Shown: piece after piece, positions 17,770-27,746 of the stretch
How the letters are laid out: each line of letters opens with the position of its first letter
How positions within the stretch are numbered: position 1 is the stretch's first letter
Assembly: GCA_016222815.1 (NCBI GenBank)
Contig: JACRQE010000007.1
Span: forward strand, 3,073 to 67,072
Length of the DNA stretch: 64,000 nucleotides
Direction: 5' to 3'
Source of the DNA: Candidatus Uhrbacteria bacterium
GTDB lineage: Bacteria; Patescibacteriota; Patescibacteriia; 2-12-FULL-60-25
Program-made: the position numbers and the translations under genes
Notes under the pieces: generated by a model
What the model was told of the DNA's origin: nothing
Databases searched by the model: none
What the model saw: only the letters and a program-made list of their open reading frames with translations

Positions 17770-18360
17770 TTATCCTTCCGGTTCCTTGCCGTAGAGGACG
17801 CGATAGAGCTCTTTAGTTTCATCCGCGGTCCATCCTTCATAATGACCGCCGCCACTTTCATCCTCTGGGTCTATGGCTAGACTTAAGAAAGAATTTTCAT
17901 TATGATCTAAAAAAATTTCGAATTCATCTTCACCGAATTTTTGCAACCGGGGCATGAACCTTTCGAGTACCCTCTGCTTGACCTTCGGACTCGCGTCTTC
18001 AAGACGCATGTTCAAGGCATCGGATAGGCTCTCCTTCTTCGTTTCCGCTTTAGCTTTCTTACTCGAACCTAACTCCCTGCCATACATTACCGAAAACAGC
18101 TCTTTGATTTCTTCGCCCGACCAACCCGCATATCGTCCGCCAAAATCGGGTGAATCAGGATTCTCGGCTAATACATAAAAATCCCCTTCTAGTCGGTCGA
18201 GTTCATGCTCGATTTCATCTTCATCCATCTTTGAAAAACGTTTCAGGAACCTGTTGTTCATGGCTTCCTGAACCTTTTCGCTAGCCCAACCTGTCCTGTC
18301 TTGCATCCCCTCCAGCAATTTATTCGGCTTTTCCTTGCTTGGTCCTGCTTCGAATTTCAT
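17770..18360 (-). CDS. Hypothetical protein with internal tandem duplication (196 aa)
   Basis: Two modules of about 72 aa align residue by residue (..RFLKRFSKMDEDEIEHELD..GGRYAGWSGEEIKELFSVMYGRE / ..RFMPRLQKFGEDEFEIFLD..GGHYEGWTADETKELYRVLYGKE). Confidence 0.6.
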   Translation of the reverse strand: MKFEAGPSKEKPNKLLEGMQDRTGWASEKVQEAMNNRFLKRFSKMDEDEIEHELDRLEGDFYVLAENPDSPDFGGRYAGWSGEEIKELFSVMYGRELGSSKKAKAETKKESLSDALNMRLEDASPKVKQRVLERFMPRLQKFGEDEFEIFLDHNENSFLSLAIDPEDESGGGHYEGWTADETKELYRVLYGKEPEG

Positions 18361-18372
18361 AGTTTTTGAATT

Positions 18373-20028
18373 CTAGCGCTTAGCCGCCGCCTTTGCAAAT
18401 CCCAGAAACAACGGATTCGGCCTGAATGGTCTTGATGTAAGCTCGGGATGGAACTGCGAGGCCATGAAGAACGAGTGGTTCTTGAGTTCGATTATCTCGG
18501 CCAGCTTCTCGTCCGGCGACATGCCCGAGAAGACTACGCCGACCTTTTCGAACTCCTTGCGATATTCCGGATTGGCTTCGTAGCGATGGCGATGGCGTTC
18601 GCGCACGATCTCCAGATCATAGAGTGCCCGCGCTTTACTCCCCTTTTTCAGCACGCACGGATATTCACCCAGGCGCATGGTGCCTCCGTAATTTTTGTCT
18701 TCCATCTTTTTCTGCTGTTCGTCCATCAAATGGATGACCGGGTGAGATGTATTCGGGTCGATTTCCGTGGTATTCGCGTCCTTCCAGCCAAGCACGTCCC
18801 TGGCGATCTCAATCAAACCCAACTGCATGCCATAGCACAATCCGAGATACGGCAGTTTATGTTCCCTAGCATATTTCATGGCCATGAGCTTACCCTCTAT
18901 GCCGCGCGCCCCGAAACCTCCGGGGATTATGATGCCGTCGAGTTTCTTCAGCGTCGTCGCGACTGTCCCCGGGTTTTTCTCGAAATCCTCGCTGTTCAGC
19001 CACACTATCTCCGGTTTGCGGCGGATTGCCCAAGCCGCGTGCTTGATTGCTTCCAAGACCGAAAGATAGGCGTCGCTCAACGTGAAATCACCTGTGGAAA
19101 AATATTTACCCACCACCCCGATTTTAATGGGTTTGGTCGATGATTTGATGTTTTTTATGAGATCTCTCCAATGCTTTCCGTCTTTTTTCGGTGCTTTCAA
19201 TCCGAGTTTGCTGACTATCCTGTCACCTACTCCTTCTTCCTCGAATTTCACCGGAACGGCGTATATCGATTCCACGTCAGGAGCCGCAATCACATCCTCG
19301 GCCGCCACATTACAGCTGATCGAAAGCTTCCTCTTCCGCGGTTCATCGATGGGGAAAGCGGATCGGCAAATTATGAAATCAGGCTGCAGACCGGCCGCAT
19401 TCAAGCTCCTCGCCGCATACTGCGTCGGCTTGGTCTTCATCTCACCGAGATTGCCTGGGACCGGAAGATAACTTACCAACGCCAGCAATACGTCCTTCGG
19501 GCTCTCAAGATGCATCATACGGCATGCTTCGAGATATAGCAGGTTCTGGTACTCGCCCACTGTGCCGCCGATTTCGACCAGCGTTACGTCCGCATCCGCA
19601 TCATTCGCCGCAGTTTTTATCCTCGAGATTATTTCGTTCGGCACATCCGGCACCCATTCGACCGTCTTGCCGTGGTAACCCATGGCCCGTTCGCGGTTGA
19701 TTATGGTCTGGAAGATACTGCCAGAAGTCATGTAATTTACGCGGCTCAAGTCTTCATCCAAGAAACGTTCATAGTTGCCGATGTCCTGATCCGTCTCCAA
19801 ACCGTCTTTTGTCACGAAAACCTCGCCGTGTTCCGTAGGATTCAAAGTCCCCGGATCCACATTCAGGTAGGGATCGATCTTCACAGCCGTGACTTTGAGG
19901 CCGCGCGCCTTGAGCAGCGCCCCCATGGACGCGACCGACACGCCTTTCCCCACCCCGCTCATGACTCCGCCAGTAACAAAAATAGTCGTTCTGCGACGAC
20001 CTTTAGTCTTCCCCCGTGGTTTGTTCAT
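18373..20028 (-). CDS. pyrG: CTP synthase
   Basis: 551 aa with an N-terminal synthetase (GGVMSGVGKG) and a C-terminal GATase (GLCYGMQ, HRHRYE). Confidence 0.97.
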   Translation of the reverse strand: MNKPRGKTKGRRRTTIFVTGGVMSGVGKGVSVASMGALLKARGLKVTAVKIDPYLNVDPGTLNPTEHGEVFVTKDGLETDQDIGNYERFLDEDLSRVNYMTSGSIFQTIINRERAMGYHGKTVEWVPDVPNEIISRIKTAANDADADVTLVEIGGTVGEYQNLLYLEACRMMHLESPKDVLLALVSYLPVPGNLGEMKTKPTQYAARSLNAAGLQPDFIICRSAFPIDEPRKRKLSISCNVAAEDVIAAPDVESIYAVPVKFEEEGVGDRIVSKLGLKAPKKDGKHWRDLIKNIKSSTKPIKIGVVGKYFSTGDFTLSDAYLSVLEAIKHAAWAIRRKPEIVWLNSEDFEKNPGTVATTLKKLDGIIIPGGFGARGIEGKLMAMKYAREHKLPYLGLCYGMQLGLIEIARDVLGWKDANTTEIDPNTSHPVIHLMDEQQKKMEDKNYGGTMRLGEYPCVLKKGSKARALYDLEIVRERHRHRYEANPEYRKEFEKVGVVFSGMSPDEKLAEIIELKNHSFFMASQFHPELTSRPFRPNPLFLGFAKAAAKR

Positions 20029-20064
20029 ACGGTGCTAAATTATAGCACACGGACAACTCACCAG

Positions 20065-20640
20065 CTATCGTCTTATCCCCTGTCTCTGGATGCTGGTGAT
20101 CGACCTCAAAGCCCTGGCCAATATCCGGTCCAGATTCTTGTACCCGCTGATGGAAAAAACCTTATAACCTTTGACCCATTGGCCTTCGAAGATAGCCCCC
20201 TCCCCGGTCAAAACTTCCTTGGCGTCCGGAGGAGCTTCGAATAAAAACAAGTGGACGGTTTTTTGGATAGTCCCTGTCTGTCGCCTGAAAGTGAAAGACG
20301 TCCGTCCCAACGGAGCCAGATATTTGAGGCCGGTAAGACCGGTTTCTTCCTTTATTTCGCGCAACGCCGTCTGCACCAAAGTCTCTCCCCTTTCCTGGTG
20401 CCCTTTGGGGAAGGTCCACCGGTTAAACGGGTCTTTGATGAAAAAAATCTCGATATTATGACCCCGCCGGCGGAAGATTATCCCGCCGGCTGAAATCTCA
20501 TGGCTAACCCGAAAGCTAGTTGGCTTTCGGATCGTCAGGCTTGGCCTGCGTTTTGGATGATACGGCCGGCGCGGGTTTCCCTCCGAGGAGTTCAACGGCC
20601 TTATCGAGCTGGGGATCTCTGTTTGCATTGTAGTCTTCAT
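20065..20640 (-). CDS. NUDIX hydrolase
   Basis: Nudix box GHQERGETLVQTALREIKEETGL. Start uncertain: no in-frame ATG/GTG/TTG lies downstream of the 125-nt overlap with the protease gene. Confidence 0.75.
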   Translation of the reverse strand: MKTTMQTEIPSSIRPLNSSEGNPRRPYHPKRRPSLTIRKPTSFRVSHEISAGGIIFRRRGHNIEIFFIKDPFNRWTFPKGHQERGETLVQTALREIKEETGLTGLKYLAPLGRTSFTFRRQTGTIQKTVHLFLFEAPPDAKEVLTGEGAIFEGQWVKGYKVFSISGYKNLDRILARALRSITSIQRQGIRR

Positions 20641-21859
20641 CAGTTATTTCCACTTTGACGTCCGGTTCGATGCCGATCTTGTTGATCGACCTCTCTTTAG
20701 GCGTCAGCCACTCGGCAATCGTTATCTTGACCGAGCTCTTGTCCGGGAACTCTGAATAATCCTGGACCGAACCCTTACCGAATGTAGTCGTGCCCAATAT
20801 CTTGGCTAACCCGTAATCCTGCAGGCACCCGGCCACGATCTCGGAGGCTGAAGCCGAACCCTGGTTGACCAAGACGACGGTCGGGATATCTTTCAACCGT
20901 CCACCAGCCGTTCCGTAATACTCGTCCACGATTTTACCCTGTCTTCGTTCCTTGACCACCACCTGTTCGCCCGTCCATTCTCCGGCCACACTGATGGCGC
21001 GATCCAGATAACCGCCCGGATCGTTCCGCAAATCGATAATCAGGCCTTTGACATTCTTGGTCAGGATTTCATCCACCGCTTTCGTGAACAAGTTGCCCGT
21101 ATCCTGGTTGAAGCTCGTGATTTCCACCAAGGCGATATCGTCATCCAGATATTTCGTCTTGACGCTCTTTACCACTATCACGTCGCGGACAATCACGAAT
21201 TCCTGGGTGTATGGCGTCCGTTTTTCCTTGCCGTTCGCATCCGTTTCCTCCTTGTACCTCCCAATGGTCAAGTTCACCGGCGTACCTTTTTTGCCGCGGA
21301 TGAGCGAGACCGCTTTCTCGACCGACATCCCGGCCGTATCTTGGTTGTCGATTTTGAGGATCAGGTCGCCGGCTTTCAGACCGACCTTCTCAGCCGGATT
21401 ATCCGGAAGCGGTGCAATTATCTGCAACAAATCGTCTTTGATGCCGATTTCAGCGCCTATGCCCTCAAACTTACCTTGCAGCGACTCTTGAAATTGGGTC
21501 GCTGTCTTGGGGTCAAAATAAACCGTGTACGGATCTCCCAATGATGCCGCCAGCCCCTGCATGGCCCCTTGGAACATCTTTTCTTCATCCACCGGTTGTT
21601 CGTAATATTGATCCCTCAACCTCCGCCAAAGCTCCCAAAACTGCTTGAAGTCGGCCGGCGCCATCATGTCTGCCGGCGGATTCGTTCCGACGCCGATCAA
21701 AGTCGCCATCGACGTGCCGCTAGCCGAAGACAGGCCCGCCGCCATCGAACCGTAGGGCTTGCTGACGAACCAGCCGGCCGTGAAAGCGAGGCCCACGGCA
21801 AGTACGAAAGCAATACCTACAAGAGCCGTCCGGAGACGGTTACGGTTTGACGTTTGCAT
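20516..21859 (-). CDS. S41-family carboxy-terminal processing protease
   Basis: Trimmed to ATG 21859 (MQTSNRNRL.. plus TM). PDZ (GLKAGDLILKIDNQ), S41 core (GSASASEI..GTTTFGKGSVQ). Low-complexity C-terminal tail. Confidence 0.88.
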   Translation of the reverse strand: MQTSNRNRLRTALVGIAFVLAVGLAFTAGWFVSKPYGSMAAGLSSASGTSMATLIGVGTNPPADMMAPADFKQFWELWRRLRDQYYEQPVDEEKMFQGAMQGLAASLGDPYTVYFDPKTATQFQESLQGKFEGIGAEIGIKDDLLQIIAPLPDNPAEKVGLKAGDLILKIDNQDTAGMSVEKAVSLIRGKKGTPVNLTIGRYKEETDANGKEKRTPYTQEFVIVRDVIVVKSVKTKYLDDDIALVEITSFNQDTGNLFTKAVDEILTKNVKGLIIDLRNDPGGYLDRAISVAGEWTGEQVVVKERRQGKIVDEYYGTAGGRLKDIPTVVLVNQGSASASEIVAGCLQDYGLAKILGTTTFGKGSVQDYSEFPDKSSVKITIAEWLTPKERSINKIGIEPDVKVEITDEDYNANRDPQLDKAVELLGGKPAPAVSSKTQAKPDDPKAN

Positions 21860-21920
21860 AATTGCGATGATAGGAGAATAATTAAGCCTAGTCAATGACC
21901 CGAAGTCAATTTTTTTCCCC

Positions 21921-23213
21921 ATGCCAAAAATCCCTTTCCATCGGCGCATTTTCCCCTTAATCATCATAATCATATTTTTCGTGGTCGCTCCGATCCTGCT
22001 TTTTTACACAGCCGGTTACCGCTGGAACCCGAAGAAAGGCCAGGTCGAACGAAACGGAACCGTCATATTCGACAGTACGCCGACCGGTGCCGACATCTCG
22101 ATTGACGGCCGTTCAATAGGCCAAAAGACCCCAATCACCATCCAAGATGTCACACCGGGTTTACACAGTTTCAGCTTGTCCAAGGACGGTTACTACGGTT
22201 GGGAAAAATCCTTGGACGTTTACCCGGAAAAAGTCACTTTCATCAACGGTATTTGGCTCTGGAAAAAAGCCGGATCAGCGCTTCTTTATCCCTCGGACGC
22301 CGTCTACCAAGCGCTTTCGCCTGACGGATCCAAGCTGCTGCTCGCTTCGGCTTCACCGACACAAACTGTCATTTACGGTTTAAACGGCGCGATTGTCACG
22401 AGCCTGGCTTTCGCAGAAGAATATAAACCCACGAACGACCTCATCTGGTCCGACAATAGCCGCTATATCCTGTCCGGCGATTCCGGCAATGACTCCCAAA
22501 ATTGGATAATCGATGCCTATGGAACCAACGCGCCAATGAAGCTACTGCCGGGCGATTACCGATGGTCTGGTACTGACCTTGTGGGCAACGACGGCAAGAC
22601 CCAATCCGTGCTCCATACTTCCGACTACAGTCTGGCCCGAAATCCATTAACCGAGAATCTCGTGGATTCCATACCCACAGCCGAAATCCGCCACGCCAGT
22701 GGTACGAACGACCTGGTTTATGTATCCCTTGACCAGCCGAAACGCGGTTTGGTCCTGCCCGAAGGAGATTGGCGGATCGATTCAGTCAGTAAAGACCGAG
22801 CCATCCTGCGCGACGATCACCGCTGGCTTTCGCTGGACTTCAACAAAACCGTGCCCGAGTACCATTCCGCCGACAGCGACCGTTTGCGCCCCATCACCAT
22901 CAAAAAACAAACTTCTTATCTGCTTATCAACGGAACCGAGCTTTCGGTTTGGGACCCTTCCTCTGAACCCGAACTGATCCAGCGCCAAAGCGAAAAGATC
23001 GTGGACGCCGCTTGGCATCGTGAGGGCACCGACATCTTCTTTGCTACTGAACACGCTGTTTTCGCCCTTGGTCTGGATGCACGCGACAGACGGCTGATAA
23101 CCCAACTCGACACTTTCGACCAAGTCCGCGGTTTAGCCGTCGACGGCCAGCGACTGCTTATCCTTGGGGACAAAGGGAGCGAATCAGGCGTCTGGTCTTT
23201 GGACGTGGAATGA
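21921..23213 (+). CDS. PEGA-domain membrane-anchored protein with beta-propeller-like C-terminal region
   Basis: N-terminal TM, then a PEGA domain (GTVIFDSTPTGADISIDGRSIGQKTPITIQDVTPGLHSFSLSKDGY). Confidence 0.7.
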   Translation: MPKIPFHRRIFPLIIIIIFFVVAPILLFYTAGYRWNPKKGQVERNGTVIFDSTPTGADISIDGRSIGQKTPITIQDVTPGLHSFSLSKDGYYGWEKSLDVYPEKVTFINGIWLWKKAGSALLYPSDAVYQALSPDGSKLLLASASPTQTVIYGLNGAIVTSLAFAEEYKPTNDLIWSDNSRYILSGDSGNDSQNWIIDAYGTNAPMKLLPGDYRWSGTDLVGNDGKTQSVLHTSDYSLARNPLTENLVDSIPTAEIRHASGTNDLVYVSLDQPKRGLVLPEGDWRIDSVSKDRAILRDDHRWLSLDFNKTVPEYHSADSDRLRPITIKKQTSYLLINGTELSVWDPSSEPELIQRQSEKIVDAAWHREGTDIFFATEHAVFALGLDARDRRLITQLDTFDQVRGLAVDGQRLLILGDKGSESGVWSLDVE

Positions 23214-23281
23214 CCGATTTTTGACAAAATTCTGAAACCGACCGAAGATACGGCCGGTTCTTTCAACAAAGGAGAAATCCC

Positions 23282-23764
23282 ATGAGCGACGGTTTGACTG
23301 ATGCGAATCGCTCCACCCAGGCAGCGGAACGTCGCTGCATGCTGCTCCGCTCCGTCGTCGAGTGTCTCGAGGGATGGGACGATGAGACAAAGCGCCAGAC
23401 AGCCGCGAACGACGTCGTGGCTTTCTATCAGGCGCTCGTCAACTTAAACGCCGGCCTTGATCGCGAAACCGGCGCCCTGATGTTTCTCGATAGTCTGCGG
23501 ACGCAGTATCCGCAATCCTGGGCCGTCCTGCTCGCCTTCGCCCTGAAGTACGGCACCGCTTCCGAGGTCGATGCACTCAAAAACCTGTCGCCGTTCAGGG
23601 GCAAAACGCTTGTCATCATGCCCACCAAGCGCCTCAACCTCGCTGATGACCTGATGCGGACCCTGAGGGATCAAGTGGACGATTTGGAAACATTTGATGA
23701 CGATGCACCCGTGTTGGTAGTCCTGGACCTCCACGTCGAATCAGCCTTCAATCTGAGATACTGA
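23282..23764 (+). CDS. Hypothetical protein (160 aa), own SD
   Basis: AGGAG lies 7 nt upstream of the ATG and TTGACAAAAT sits at 23221. C/G-ending codon bias. No family recognised. Confidence 0.55.
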   Translation: MSDGLTDANRSTQAAERRCMLLRSVVECLEGWDDETKRQTAANDVVAFYQALVNLNAGLDRETGALMFLDSLRTQYPQSWAVLLAFALKYGTASEVDALKNLSPFRGKTLVIMPTKRLNLADDLMRTLRDQVDDLETFDDDAPVLVVLDLHVESAFNLRY

Positions 23765-23804
23765 ATCCCGCTCGCGGCCCGACATCTCGTCCGGCCGCTT
23801 TGCT

Positions 23805-24212
23805 TTAAAGCGAATTTTTAATTTTTTCCGCCACCGTGGCCGCCTCACCTTCGGCATACGACTTTCCCGGCCAGTGTTTCAACCCGTCTTCAGCGTAGCG
23901 CGGCACGATATGCAGATGGAGGTGCGGGATTACCTGCCCGGCCACCGGACCGCAATTCATCTCCAGGTTGAACGCATCCGTCTCCAAGCCTTTGGTGATG
24001 GCTTCCGCAATCTTGCGCGTCGCAGCCATTAGTTCACGCACCGTTTCTTCCGAAGCGTCCAACAGCTGGACCGTGTGCGCCTTCGGCATGACAAGCGTAT
24101 GCCCCGGATTCACCGGATGGATATCTAAAATTGCGATGACCTTATCGTCTTCGTAAACGATATCGGCCGGCAGATCCTTAGAGATGATTTTGCAGAAAAG
24201 GCAGTCGCTCAT
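23805..24212 (-). CDS. HIT-family (histidine triad) nucleotide hydrolase/transferase
   Basis: 135 aa with the HLHLHIVPR histidine triad. Confidence 0.92.
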   Translation of the reverse strand: MSDCLFCKIISKDLPADIVYEDDKVIAILDIHPVNPGHTLVMPKAHTVQLLDASEETVRELMAATRKIAEAITKGLETDAFNLEMNCGPVAGQVIPHLHLHIVPRYAEDGLKHWPGKSYAEGEAATVAEKIKNSL

Positions 24213-24257
24213 ATGTGTTTAGAGATTAATGGTTATAAGTGAATATACTACATAAAA

Positions 24258-24629
24258 CTACTCCTTCGCCCTATCCATCCAAAGTTCAAAAAACGCAGCC
24301 AACGCCAGAGCTACGCCCACGCCGATGAGCATGTAAGCCGGCCAACCCAAACCGTTGAACCTCGTCAGGATATACGCCAAAGCCGCGGCTAAAAGCGCGA
24401 AAAAGGCCAAAGCGTCCAACACCAAGTGCCAACGCGTCCGCAAACCTTTGACCAAATACACCGCGGTTCCACTGATCGCCAGTGTGCTTAGGCCTATTTG
24501 CGCCAGATCCACGAATGGCGAAACGAATCCCGGGATGAGTTTTTCGACCACGACCAAACCGCCATACCACAAACCCAAAGCTATTCCCGTGTGGACCAGC
24601 AACCGTTTGGAGAATTCGATCAAATCCAT
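24258..24629 (-). CDS. Hypothetical membrane protein (about 4 TM)
   Basis: 123 aa, hydrophobic. Last gene of the GT39 operon. Confidence 0.5.
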   Translation of the reverse strand: MDLIEFSKRLLVHTGIALGLWYGGLVVVEKLIPGFVSPFVDLAQIGLSTLAISGTAVYLVKGLRTRWHLVLDALAFFALLAAALAYILTRFNGLGWPAYMLIGVGVALALAAFFELWMDRAKE

Positions 24630-24631
24630 AT

Positions 24632-26083
24632 TCAGAGCCTATGCCAGGCATTAGCCAATTCTTGGCGGATTATGAACCACCAATCCTCCAGATTGATGGC
24701 TTGGCGACGGAAGGTCAAAGTCGCGCGCCGGACATCCACAGCCGCCGACCGCGTCAGCACTCCCGGCGCCGACAACACGAACCGCAATCTGTCCATGGTC
24801 GGATTAAGCGCGAACCTGAAATCCGATCTCAACCAATCGCCATCGAGCTTTTCCGGTTGTCCATAATCCGTCAGGACCGCTTCCGTGTTTTCGGCTTTAA
24901 GGTCAGTCGAATCCGTCATGCGCCGCGGTTTAGGTTCGAAAAAAGCGTCTTCCGAAAAAGCGAAGTATCCATCGCCCACGATCCTGACGTCGCCTTGCGG
25001 CGCCCTGAGTTGCACGGTCTTTTTGCCGTCTCCGCGATCCATCCTGATGGTCGAATGTGTCCGCTTCAGCCATGATGAGCTGTCGCCGAAAAAAATCTGC
25101 TGCAGGCCTTCTTTGTGGAAAGTCTCAAGCACGATATGCCGCGAATTGGTATAGGCAAGACCTTCGTATGTCGTGGTCGCGAATCCCACCACATCGCCGA
25201 ACACCAGCCTCGGACCCACGACCCAGCGCCGGCTCGTCGTCTTGATGCCGCGGATGAACACATCATCGCTCGCCACAAAAGATATCCGGTAGACGCACGA
25301 TTTGGCTTGCGGAACTCTTATGGCGTGCGTAATCGTCTTTCCCATGCGTCGATCCTGGCTGCCGGAAATGCTGAACGCATCTTGTTTGATTTCCTCATCC
25401 GCGCAGAAAACGCGGAACGCCGCCAAGTCCTCATTCACGCTCCGGTTAGCGGCTTGGAGCGAGAATGTCACGTCCAAATCAGCCGTTGGGACGAAGAAGA
25501 AATCATGCGAACCGCGCAAAGAAAGCGTCCAATCCCTTTCCGGTCCAGTCTCATCCTGCATGCTCGGTGAAGTGCTCGACGAATTCCAAACCGCCAATCC
25601 TTGCGTGTCCTGGTCAGCCAATCTCGTCGCTGGGACTCCCCGCCTCACGTAGCCCTCCCGTCCTGAAGCCGATCCCTTGATCCACTCCCCGTTCTCGAGC
25701 TGGCTCGAATACAGTGGATGCATCTCGAGCATCTTGCCCTCCGGGTCATGGACCAATCCGAATTCCAAAAGAGGCTGATTCATCGGCCGATATTCCAACG
25801 ACACCTCCACGCTTTCATAAGGACCAGGGACCAAAGCCGAAAAATACACCGGATCATCCGTAATCCTTTGGCCGACCCAACCTTCTGGCTGCAATCCCGG
25901 TTTCGAAGCCCTTTCGCCTGGCAAAAATGGATTGATCCAAGGGCTACCTCCGTCCAATATGGCTGATGTCTGGAAAATCCCTGAAGGCGGAAACCTCAAC
26001 AACGCCAACCAGACCGCAGCTGATCCAGCCAGGACCCAAGGGATGGTCAAAAATGCATATGCTAGGGGCTTTGGGATGGTCAT
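24632..26083 (-). CDS. Hypothetical membrane-anchored extracytoplasmic protein (483 aa)
   Basis: N-terminal TM helix and no recognisable domain. 4-nt overlap with the upstream GT39-like gene suggests translational coupling. Confidence 0.6.
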   Translation of the reverse strand: MTIPKPLAYAFLTIPWVLAGSAAVWLALLRFPPSGIFQTSAILDGGSPWINPFLPGERASKPGLQPEGWVGQRITDDPVYFSALVPGPYESVEVSLEYRPMNQPLLEFGLVHDPEGKMLEMHPLYSSQLENGEWIKGSASGREGYVRRGVPATRLADQDTQGLAVWNSSSTSPSMQDETGPERDWTLSLRGSHDFFFVPTADLDVTFSLQAANRSVNEDLAAFRVFCADEEIKQDAFSISGSQDRRMGKTITHAIRVPQAKSCVYRISFVASDDVFIRGIKTTSRRWVVGPRLVFGDVVGFATTTYEGLAYTNSRHIVLETFHKEGLQQIFFGDSSSWLKRTHSTIRMDRGDGKKTVQLRAPQGDVRIVGDGYFAFSEDAFFEPKPRRMTDSTDLKAENTEAVLTDYGQPEKLDGDWLRSDFRFALNPTMDRLRFVLSAPGVLTRSAAVDVRRATLTFRRQAINLEDWWFIIRQELANAWHRL

Positions 26084-27675
26084 GGTTGTGGTTCGATGTC
26101 CATATCCGGTTCGCTCGTTACCGGCAACAACGTCACTTCGTACAAAGTCTGGTTTTTGGTCGCCAAGACCGGATTCAGGTATAAGCCGCGCTCAGCCATA
26201 TCTTGGATTTTTTCCGGACCGTACGTGGTATCGAACAACAACACACTGTCCGAATAGTACGCCGCCAAATCTTTCAACCTTTCATCGTCCGGCACAGGCG
26301 TCACGGCGCGCATGACCGGGAAGAATATCTTGTCGCTCCGTTCCGAGACTACGATGGCATTGCGGCCGTAGTTCTTGTACGCGGTTTCACGGATCGTCTC
26401 GTAACGCACTAGTTCCGGCACCGATGAATTCAAACCCTCGTCATCTTTGGAGAACGCGGTCCAGATGCCAAGCGCGACCAGAACTGCCGCCAAAACGCTC
26501 ACGCCCAGCTTTGCCCGATTGCGAGGCAATATCTCGACCAATCTTGCGCTTACAGCCCCGACCGCCAAAGCGAAAAACGGTGCCAGCGGCAAAAGATAAC
26601 GCAAATAAGAATTCCCTACTGATACGATATTATGTCCCACATGGTCTTGGTAAACCGTATTCCCGTAAATCAAGCACAATACAGCTGCGGTCCAGGCGCC
26701 GGCCATGATGGCAATCCTCGAATTTTCTCGTTTTATCCAAAGTACTGTCGCAACCAGCGCCGTAGCCGCCCATGGTCCGAGGATATACACCAGATAATTT
26801 TCCGCGTTATTCAGGACCGCCCGCGGATGGAAACCGAATGGCCAGATACGTCCCGGATTTTGCAGCAAAGCTGTGGCTTCTGCAGACTGTACCGTGACTT
26901 CCGCAGAATCTCGCAGCCAGTAACCGATCATCCATGGCGCACCATAAGTCTTCCATGCCAATAACGCGGTAATGGCCGGGACCACAGCTGACGTAGCCAG
27001 GAACGTCGCTATATTCTTCCAATCATGTCTGCTGAACTTGGATCCACTGCCCGCCACCCAAGCCGCGGCAATCCACACCCCAGCCCAAACGATTTCTGTC
27101 GGACGGATAGCGACTGCCATGCCTGTAAGCAGACCGGCGATGATCAACGCTTTGGTATCAAGTTTTTTCCAAACCAAGAAAGCCGCCCAAAGCATCAGAC
27201 AAACCATGGCCAAATTCGGGAACAGACCGCGGTTCGCATACAAAATGACCATGGGGAATGAAAGCCATGCGGCCACGCCCGCGACCTGCGCCGCAAAACC
27301 AAATCCGCGCATGAATCGCCAAAGTGGATATATGCAGGCGAGCACCAAGCAAGGCGTGAGCAACAACAAGCCGAACTCGCCCAAAAACTTCCAAACCATT
27401 CCGGCTAAAAGTGGCATGCCCAAAAATCCAACCGGTACCAAGGCAGCATCGTGAGTCACGAAGCTCCTCGGGCGTATCCACGGCCCGTCTTTGAGAATAT
27501 TGTCCGGCAACCTGAAACTCCAATCTGTCCCGAATTCCCGCGCCGTCACGGCCACTGCCGTTTCATCCGGTGACAGGTAGATTTGGGGCAAATTTGACGG
27601 AATGACCAAAAAAAGCAAGCCTTGGGCCGTAAAGAGAAAGGCTACGGCTGCGTATTTAGTCCAGCCCATTTTCAT
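26080..27675 (-). CDS. GT-C fold glycosyltransferase, family 39 / ArnT-PMT-like
   Basis: 531 aa polytopic protein with an Asp-Glu pair in the first loop (LSPDETAV) and many TM helices followed by a soluble C-terminal domain. Confidence 0.75.
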   Translation of the reverse strand: MKMGWTKYAAVAFLFTAQGLLFLVIPSNLPQIYLSPDETAVAVTAREFGTDWSFRLPDNILKDGPWIRPRSFVTHDAALVPVGFLGMPLLAGMVWKFLGEFGLLLLTPCLVLACIYPLWRFMRGFGFAAQVAGVAAWLSFPMVILYANRGLFPNLAMVCLMLWAAFLVWKKLDTKALIIAGLLTGMAVAIRPTEIVWAGVWIAAAWVAGSGSKFSRHDWKNIATFLATSAVVPAITALLAWKTYGAPWMIGYWLRDSAEVTVQSAEATALLQNPGRIWPFGFHPRAVLNNAENYLVYILGPWAATALVATVLWIKRENSRIAIMAGAWTAAVLCLIYGNTVYQDHVGHNIVSVGNSYLRYLLPLAPFFALAVGAVSARLVEILPRNRAKLGVSVLAAVLVALGIWTAFSKDDEGLNSSVPELVRYETIRETAYKNYGRNAIVVSERSDKIFFPVMRAVTPVPDDERLKDLAAYYSDSVLLFDTTYGPEKIQDMAERGLYLNPVLATKNQTLYEVTLLPVTSEPDMDIEPQP

Positions 27676-27746
27676 GTCCCGAATGGTAACACATGTGTTG
27701 CCGCTCCGGTAAACATCTCCCCTACACGGTCAAATGATATTATGTT

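Noticed and set aside
23282-23764. Small GC-rich ORFs (12883..13185, 23282..23764, 39170..39367) as horizontally acquired islands
   Set aside because: Their C/G-ending codon preference matches rpmA and other presumably highly expressed native genes, and no mobility genes or flanking direct repeats were seen. I kept them as a promoter-pattern observation instead.
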